A stretch of 36,470 nucleotides of DNA from Methanomicrobia archaeon (GTDB taxonomy: Archaea; Halobacteriota; Syntropharchaeia; Alkanophagales; Methanospirareceae), in contig JAFGKP010000123.1 of NCBI GenBank assembly GCA_016928455.1, forward strand, positions 1-36,470, written 5' to 3'. The notes under the pieces were generated by a model that was not told the DNA's origin, did not search any database, and was given only the letters and a program-made list of their open reading frames with translations. The first letter of the stretch is position 1, and each line of letters starts with the position of its first letter. Below, piece after piece: positions 34,914 through 36,470 of this stretch. The position numbers and the translations under genes were made by a program.

Positions 34914-36245
34914 ATGAGTATGCGACGCCGATCAGAACCAGGAACCGAAGCCGCCCAGGCGTTCGTCGTGGGGGCGATCCTCATCACCGGGATCGTGCTT
35001 ACCACGTCCTTTATCTACCTCTCCATCAACACGCCGGCAGCGACCAAAGCGGGCGAGTATCAGCATGCCGCCGCGGTCGCTGCGGATTTCAATACGCTCT
35101 GCTACAGCATTACCGCTTTGAGAGCTTCAGCATCGTCTGGTGCTTCACTCTCCGTGCCGATCCGCATGAGCCCTGCGAAAGAGTCGCTCATCGCGCTTCC
35201 CGCAGCCGCGGGCACGATCAGCTTCTCACCCGCTACCGAGCAGGTGAGCATTAGCGTCAATGGCACGGGCTCGCCTCCTGCTGGGCCCTGGACGGACGAG
35301 GAGTTCACGCATACCGACCGCTTTAAAGTCGAGATAGCGTCAGGCAACGCCACGCTCGCCAAGCCGCGATACGCACGGGGCTATCTGGAATCGAACCATA
35401 GTACTACACCGGGCAAGATCGGGGGGAAGGATCTGGGAAGTGCGAACATTACGTACGAGAACTTCTCGTGGAACACCAGTCTTCCAGCAAACACGCGGAT
35501 CGTCTTGAAGGTGAGAACGGACATGTTCCCGGATATGAGGCATGCTAAGAACTGGAGCGACTGCCCGGCAATCGAATCACAAGACGGGTTCAATAACAGA
35601 AGTCTCGCGAAAATCGCATCGGTCTCACCGGGGCATCAGTATGTGCAGTATCGCGCGGAGCTCAGCACCTGGGATCCCGATTTAACGCCCACGTTATGTA
35701 ACGTGAGCATCTCTTACAACTTCTCACAACCAGAGGTTGTCCTCGCGAGCTCTTCCGGCTCGATCAGCTTCACGAGCAACCACTGCTATCTCCCGGAGCA
35801 TACCCTCAGCTATGCAAGTGGCGCGGTAATCAAGAAGCAGCAGGACAATGAGTTCGTGCTCGGGAATTTCAGCATCTCCGCCGCTAAAGCAGGCAGTACT
35901 ACAGAAATCCGCATCTCGCTCTTTGACCTGACCGGAACCTCGGTCCCTGCGCAGAGTGGCCAACCAACGACCATCATTAAAATATATCGCGATGACTACG
36001 GACTCATCTCTGATTCGTTCTATTATCCCAATCTCACGCTGAACATCACGACGAATTATACCCAGGCCTGGTCAGACTGGCTGAATAAGACCCTTGACGC
36101 GGCTGGATTGGTCCGCAGCTCTGACTCTGACTACAATCTCTCGAGGCCTACTAATAACTCGGTACGGGTCGTGTTTTATGGCCATGATGATGGTGTTAAG
36201 TTGTATCTCGATAAGACCACCGTTCAGGTACGCATACCAACATAA
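34914..36245 (+). CDS. Pilin-like protein, paralog 3, lacking the glycine-rich insert
   Basis: TEAA/QAFVVGAILITGIVL; EYQHAAAV..DF; IVLKVRT..W.DCP; HQYVQYRAEL; LNITTNY..AW.DW. Confidence 0.88.
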   Translation: MSMRRRSEPGTEAAQAFVVGAILITGIVLTTSFIYLSINTPAATKAGEYQHAAAVAADFNTLCYSITALRASASSGASLSVPIRMSPAKESLIALPAAAGTISFSPATEQVSISVNGTGSPPAGPWTDEEFTHTDRFKVEIASGNATLAKPRYARGYLESNHSTTPGKIGGKDLGSANITYENFSWNTSLPANTRIVLKVRTDMFPDMRHAKNWSDCPAIESQDGFNNRSLAKIASVSPGHQYVQYRAELSTWDPDLTPTLCNVSISYNFSQPEVVLASSSGSISFTSNHCYLPEHTLSYASGAVIKKQQDNEFVLGNFSISAAKAGSTTEIRISLFDLTGTSVPAQSGQPTTIIKIYRDDYGLISDSFYYPNLTLNITTNYTQAWSDWLNKTLDAAGLVRSSDSDYNLSRPTNNSVRVVFYGHDDGVKLYLDKTTVQVRIPT

Positions 36246-36416
36246 GTTATGCTGGTAGCGAGCGCGGTGACGGTATCGTGTGCGTGGTGCTACGTTAGAG
36301 CATTCTGTACGTTTGGATGGTTCGGATGATGTCCGATTCCGCATCAGGCCTGCATTGAGCGTGTATGTATGCAGGATGAACGACCGAAAGCGGGGTTGTC
36401 AAGTTAATGGGTGCTG

Positions 36417-36470
36417 CGCGTGATTTTACAAAATTGCGTTAGCAGCGAGCTTCGTTAGGGTAACCAGACC
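36417..36470. repeat. 54-bp dispersed repeat, copy 2 (runs to the window end)
   Basis: 45/54 identical to 21315-21368. Confidence 0.85.

Overview
Archaeal chromosomal window. The BRE/TATA promoters, GGAGGTG RBSs, class III signal-peptide pilins and gene content suggest a Methanomicrobia/ANME-1-like euryarchaeon (inference). The left half (1-17.9 kb) is mostly GC-rich housekeeping: argC (truncated by the window edge), leuD/leuC-type isomerase subunits, a DUF2769-fused FMN glutamate-synthase-family enzyme, a cytochrome b5-like lipoprotein, an IGHMBP2-like helicase, acyP, two CBS proteins, DUF106/EMC3, a large secreted S8 protease, truA and trmJ. The right half (18-36.5 kb) is a plastic surface-appendage island. 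It holds two intact DUF1628-type pilins, a DUF5371-like putative regulator, a rubredoxin, a CFI-box-like membrane protein and three tandem giant pilin-like proteins, two of which carry a nested ~290-aa glycine-rich insert. Interleaved are seven toxin-antitoxin modules (three decayed), a duplicated unit (palindromic promoter-like block, pilin 3' fragment, ISL3 transposase remnant, unknown gene), a shared 32-bp promoter/operator, a 54-bp repeat that recurs at the window end, and a multi-hairpin element in front of the putative major pilin. No tRNA, rRNA, CRISPR array, integrase or reverse transcriptase was seen. Family names come from motif recognition, not database searches.
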